Shown: in pieces, positions 38,901-43,690 of the stretch
How the letters are laid out: every line of letters starts with the position of its first letter
How positions within the stretch are numbered: position 1 is the first letter of the stretch
Assembly (NCBI GenBank): GCA_000708835.1
Contig: DF237635.1
Span: 1 to 43,690, forward strand
DNA length: 43,690 nt
From: Klebsormidium nitens
Lineage: Eukaryota; Plantae; Klebsormidiophyceae
Direction of reading: 5' to 3'
Position numbers and translations under genes: made by a program
The notes under the pieces: model-generated
Seen by the model: only the letters and a program-made list of their open reading frames with translations
The model's database searches: none
What the model was told of the DNA's origin: nothing

Positions 38901-41366
38901 TTTCCAGATGGCTTGCTGATATGGCATTCCTGGCGGTCGATTTCCGTAGTGACTCTCCGTTTTCTGGCGATCGACTTTTTCAATAGATTTCTGGTTCAAG
39001 GGTTCTGTAAGCTGTTCGGCACAAGTCCTCCTAACCCGGAAGAGAAATCGAGTAACCAAAGTTTTGTCCATGTAGTCAAGATACGCACTCCTATAATTGA
39101 GGAGTGAATGCTCGACGAACAAACCTTTCAGTCCTTTTGACACAAACCCAGCGTTGCTACTTTGGTGTCTCAACAAGGCCACCAGACTCGGTTTTCTGGC
39201 TTACCGTCTGAGACGGCCGTGCAGGGCAGATTGCTGATGATTTGGACCCGCTTTGGCGAGTGGAGCAGCTCAAAGGCTTGGAGAAGGTCGAAAATGGAGT
39301 ACACATCATCAAGCAGCTGCACACAGATGCAAAAGCGGCAGAAGGATAGTTCGGGTAGTCATTTGCGTACTTTCCTACCAATCGGACATTTCAAGGGACC
39401 ATACGTCCAATCCCTTAAGTATCCGGTGGCCAGCTAGCTGAACAGATGGGCGAGGGAAAACGCTACACGACGTTCTCTTTAGGGCGAGGGTTTCTCAGAA
39501 CGCAATGGCAAAGCTTAAGGTAGAGGCCCGTGAGACAAGCAGCTTTCAAGCCGAGACAAAGCTACGAGGGACGGATACGTTGACGGCTACTGAAGAGAAA
39601 CCCCCCTCTTACACTTGTTAGGGTCTAAAGAGTCCCAATGGGTCGAAACTCACGTAATGACCCATGTTAAAATTCTCGCTGACAGGATGATAGATTGCGC
39701 TAATGCCTGCACACAACAAAGGCGTACATGTCATCATTCAAAAGTTTCTCCGCAATGTCGGGCTCTTCAGAGAAAGCTTTTCGGAAGCTGATGTGGAACA
39801 TACGCAGGCGCAACGCCTCCTTAACTTCAACGCCGCAGAAACAATGCAGGTCAAAGCTTCTTTCTCAAGCAAAGTGCAAAGCGTGGCACAGATGTGACGA
39901 TGCAAAAAGTTGTCTGGAGACCGATTGAGAGTCTAGTCGCACCTGGAACGTAGGAGACGTTCCAATAGGACTCAGGAAACGTGTTATTCACAGCCCAGAC
40001 GTCTGCCTCCGGATTGATTCCTGCACGCGCAGGGTAGAGGCAGAATTGAACGAAAGATGAAGAGCAGATGTATTAAACTGCAGATTGGTCATCTTTATCA
40101 TGCAAATCTGATCTGCGTTGATAACTTTCTCCGCAAGCCTTTTGCTCTCTGTCGAGGTGGCATAGCAAGCTTGCCTGAGGAAGGAAAGCGTCTGACACGG
40201 TAGAAAGAATAGGAGATCTTTTGGAAGTGTGACTTGGTCGTCTTGGTCAGTTACCTGACTCTCTGGAACACACGCTATCTTTGATTAGCTGCAGACTTTC
40301 TCCGCTCAATTAAGCTAGTGGCTCAAAACGCATGCACACAAACGCTTGAAAACCATGACTTATGTGGACCTGAGGTTGCCCAAGGAACAATTGGCGCACC
40401 TTCTCCAGACATTGCGTTGGTCTTGTAAGCCACGTAAGGGCTGAAGAACGAAGTTTGCGGGGGTTGATCGACAGGAAAAACTTGCGGCCAGCGAAATGCT
40501 GGGTCGACATAGTAGTACATTCCTCTGCAAAGTCGGGGAGGCATTGTTCGTCAATGAAAACGAACGAACAGCAAACGACGCTGTGTGTTTTGCAGCGTTC
40601 ATAGGCTCTCTTAGATAGAGACCCCTGCATCCACAACGTCTGATGAATGGAAGTGGGTTCAACATCTGAACGCCAAGAGCCTATAAATAGAGCTTGAAGA
40701 TCCATCACCTGCCAAGTGATGGATCTACAGTGACTTAGGAGCCGTAGTGCTGAACATGTGTGTCCTGACAGAAAGTTTCATCCATTGAAATGCAAAGTGC
40801 CTCACACTGTTAATCCTGACCAACTTTTAACCAAAAGGGCAATCAATCTCTTCCTCAGTCAAAACATTGTTGCAGCACTGTTTGGCACCACTTCCAAGGA
40901 TCCCGGCATGCCGGTTGTCGCTCACACTTACTTTTACATGCACCTCTTCCTGCGGCAAACGCATCCCTGCAACCTCCTTATGTCACTACTTTTACTTAGC
41001 AGCCTTTCCTCACCTAGCCTTGTAGTTGTAGCACACGTTGTGGAAGGAGCACTTCCTATAGACCCACTCCGGAGACTCGTGATAGCCCACACATCGGTGC
41101 CTCGAGTACTTTGGGCGGCCGTCCGGTAGTGTTAACGAGTCCAGCCCCAGGTGCCTTTTCACACCACTTGGCAGCTTGATGTGCACACTCTTAGACGCTT
41201 GAATCCGCTCTGAGACTTTGTAGTTGAACTGGATAAACTGCGGGGTCCACATTCCTGGGTGGCTGGAACGCCCGAGAATGAAGCCCAGCGATAGAAGGGG
41301 GAGAATAACGAGTGCCGCCGTTGCGAAAGGGCTTGCGAGCAGCCGTGTGTGCGATTGTGTCGTCAT
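35902..41366 (-). CDS. Divergent GT61/DUF563-like glycosyltransferase, type II membrane protein, 510 aa, 10 exons
   Basis: Minus exons 41366-41014, 40524-40370, 40020-39943, 39706-39654, 39316-39205, 38679-38526, 38075-37869, 37536-37368, 36462-36376, 36066-35902 (1533 nt, all GT-AG, phases consistent). TM segment FATAALVILPLLSLGFILG. GT61-like landmarks RKCSFHNVCY, NMGHYLLDDVYSIF, VCFEQLLIG, ILIFRKSGRRGLHNVDEI, IRDQLELTTRSTVVVSPPGGASSLFFFLPRGAHLIV. Confidence 0.8.
36663..36866. mobile_element. ~200 bp foldback / MITE-like element with ~50 bp imperfect terminal inverted repeats, in an intron of the GT61-like gene
   Basis: Left arm ctgggacgggtagggttagtctggtggttagggtgggtacgggtgcggag (~36670-36719) aligns with the reverse complement of the right arm (~36811-36859), ccggaacgggtggggttagtagggggtagggtgggcacaggtacggag, around an AT-rich spacer. 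No clear target-site duplication. Confidence 0.6.
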
Positions 41367-42369
41367 CTTCTGATCAAGGGCAGAAAGCAGAAGTTTAGGG
41401 CTTGAACTTGGTGCTTTATGCAAAACCGCTATCAAATGGCTCTCGTAAGCTGGCCAAGTTCTAATGAAAGCTCTTGAAGGAAACTCAGGGTTATGTTTAC
41501 GCAATCTTCAGCAGGTCAGAAGGAAGGGGGGATCAGTGTTGTAAGGTTGATGCGCCCTGCTGTTGAGCAACCAAGCATTGAGCCATTGAGCCACCACTAC
41601 TTTTTGTTGCCTTGTGCTTCTGACTGGATCTGCCTTGCTTGATTCTACGGAAGAAAAAGAATTATTTGCTAGGAAACACTTTCAGATCTAGAAAGCTGCT
41701 TGACAGGTGACAGGGCAATCCTAACAATGCCTCTTTAAATAGCATTGGTAGATCTGGACATCCCGTCTACGTCCCAGAGAAACAAATGATCGAGGCCTTG
41801 GGTAAAATACGTACCATAACCTTACAGGTCCAGATGACAAGACGCAGGTCGCATCCAACCGATTTGCAAGCCAGCTGTGTGAGTCCTACGTAAAAGCTGC
41901 ACATGAAGAAAATCTGACAGCTAGGAAACGTGAAAGCTGCAAGCCCCTCTTTCAAGGCTTTCATGCCCCCCTTTTGCATTATGCGTCACATCAATCTGCT
42001 GGAAAGCAACAACCATTGAAGCTCAAAGATTCCAGGGGCGCCACAAAGACATTGACGGGTTGCTGCTCATTGGGTTCTCTTCTGTGCCATGATTGTTACG
42101 CCTGATCCGTTGATTGGGATTACGTCATGCCTGACCTAGAGCTCAGCTCGTCTTGCAATGTTCTAGTTTGATTGATGAGATGACAGTAGCTCCTTCAGTT
42201 TCGCTGGCCACAATGGCAAATCTAGGGCAACCCTGTGCCAAAGCCGCCAGTATCTAGCTCATGTAACACTAATATGCTGAATGGATGATCCCTCTTTCCT
42301 TTCTTCATCAGAATCTAGCCATCTCCAATGCAGCAGCCAGCTCCTTGCACAATGCTGCATCATGCTAAT

Positions 42370-42860
42370 TGCTCACGAGTCACTGCGTCCACCACTGGTG
42401 CCAATTGACGAGCCGTCACGATTGCCGTCCAGCAGATTCAACCGAGGGGCCTCGGCCAAAGGCGCAGACTCGTCACACAGGTAGGGTTAGTTGAATGAGA
42501 CGACCCGACCGAAGCGACCGGTCCCTTGACTGCCGAAACGGCAGTCGGCCTGGAAGCGGTGCAGCAGCGACCGATCGACAAGCCCAACCGGATCGCATTA
42601 CTCCGGAAGCTGCCACGTGGAAGCCCGACCTAGCGTTCCGCCCCGGCCGCCAGGCGATGCGGAATGCGCCGACATTCCGAGTCACCGTGACGCCCATTCG
42701 CGCGCGTGGGGCCTCCAAGTGGGCGGGCCGTTTAATCATTCTACATGCGGTTAGTCACATAGCTCGAGTTACCTTGAATTCGCCTCTAACGCGTATGTAG
42801 CAATTCTGCGGTAACCCTGGGGTTACGTAAGTCAGGATACTGTTGTGAAATTCTGATGTT
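42370..42860 (-). promoter_or_regulatory. Probable promoter / non-coding first exon region of the GT61-like gene
   Basis: GC-rich island with telo-box-like TAGGGTTAG (42482-42490), G-box GCCACGTGG (CACGTG 42614-42619), perfect inverted repeats at 42528-42546 and 42811-42826, and a minus-strand donor GTGAGC at 42376. Confidence 0.35.
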
Positions 42861-43690
42861 CGTTGAGGGCCCGACCGGGCCTCGGTAGGGTCCTAATCTG
42901 CCAGATTCTGAAGATTCTTGCAGATGCAATATGACGTTTAATAAGACTTCAGCTTTGAAGTCCGCTCAGCTGGAAATGTCAAGCCGGGGTGCCGCTTGTC
43001 ATGTCCAACAATATGCCTGAGTACCGTTCCCTTACAGTTGATACAGTTGAGTCACTCGGGGCTCACTACCATTGCGTATGCTAGCAGGCCCATGCATAAA
43101 AACGGGCCTTTACACGCAAAGAAAGCTAAGAAAGATAATGTAGCGGCACAATAATATTCAATCCACATCCTTTTACCAAGTCAGCCTGAGATTTTCCCTA
43201 AGAAGATTGAAATTTTGTTAGTTCAGACTCACAGAAACGACTCATCGTATCTTAGAATTTGTGCAGGCACGTATCGCATGTAAAAGTAGCCAGTGTTCGA
43301 TTCTGTCTAGAAGAGCTTCGAGCCAACGTCTCAACTTGTCATCGAACCGCAAAGCGTACGGAGCTTCAAGTTCTTAAGCTCCGACTGAGAGACTCGGAAA
43401 TTGTGTGCTGAATTACCGTTTGGAATATTTGTAAAATCGATCAGGCAAGGACGAAAAGACAGGTATAATTAAATGAGCCTTTAAAGCTAGTGCAAAACAA
43501 TAATTTAGTCTGTGCTCGGACTGTAGAAGGTGTCTAGATCTCATAACAGAACCCCAGATCCTGAGAGCGAGACGTTGTTCGCTGCTTGAATCAAGTTCTT
43601 ACTCGATAAACTACCTACATATGCATAGCGTAACAGCTGATTCCAATCCTCAGTTGCCCACGTGGCACTCTGTTGCCATCGATGACAGTA

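Noticed and set aside
38785-38915. Possible extra exon of the GT61-like gene
   Set aside because: The flanking exons (39205 and 38679) already join in phase 1 and give a coherent protein; inserting this segment (ending in phase 0) would break the frame.

Overview
Eukaryotic nuclear DNA from the green-plant lineage, with about 50% GC, GT-AG introns of 0.2-1.2 kb and plant-type genes. A charophyte alga such as Klebsormidium is my inference from composition and gene style, not something proven. The six-frame ORF track is mostly uninformative because all genes are spliced. By manual exon chaining with phase checks I reconstruct seven genes: a CPYC glutaredoxin (+), a prolyl 4-hydroxylase (-), the PP2A scaffold subunit A (+, with one GC-AG intron), a land-plant-type GT61 glycosyltransferase (+), a COPT/Ctr copper transporter (-), an intron-rich bacterial-type GHL10/YddW(DigH)-like glycoside hydrolase with a long C-terminal tail (+), and a divergent GT61/DUF563-like type II membrane protein (-). 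Two things stand out. (1) The GHL10/DigH-like gene is a candidate plastid-peptidoglycan or wall hydrolase of bacterial origin. (2) There are repeated decayed 'echo' copies of exon edges, together with their splice sites, in adjacent introns of COPT and GHL10; every copy that keeps its splice site would give a premature stop if used. Smaller items are a foldback/MITE-like element, a Helitron-like 3' end, a probably spliced 3' UTR, and head-to-head gene pairs. I found no rRNA, tRNA or CRISPR array.
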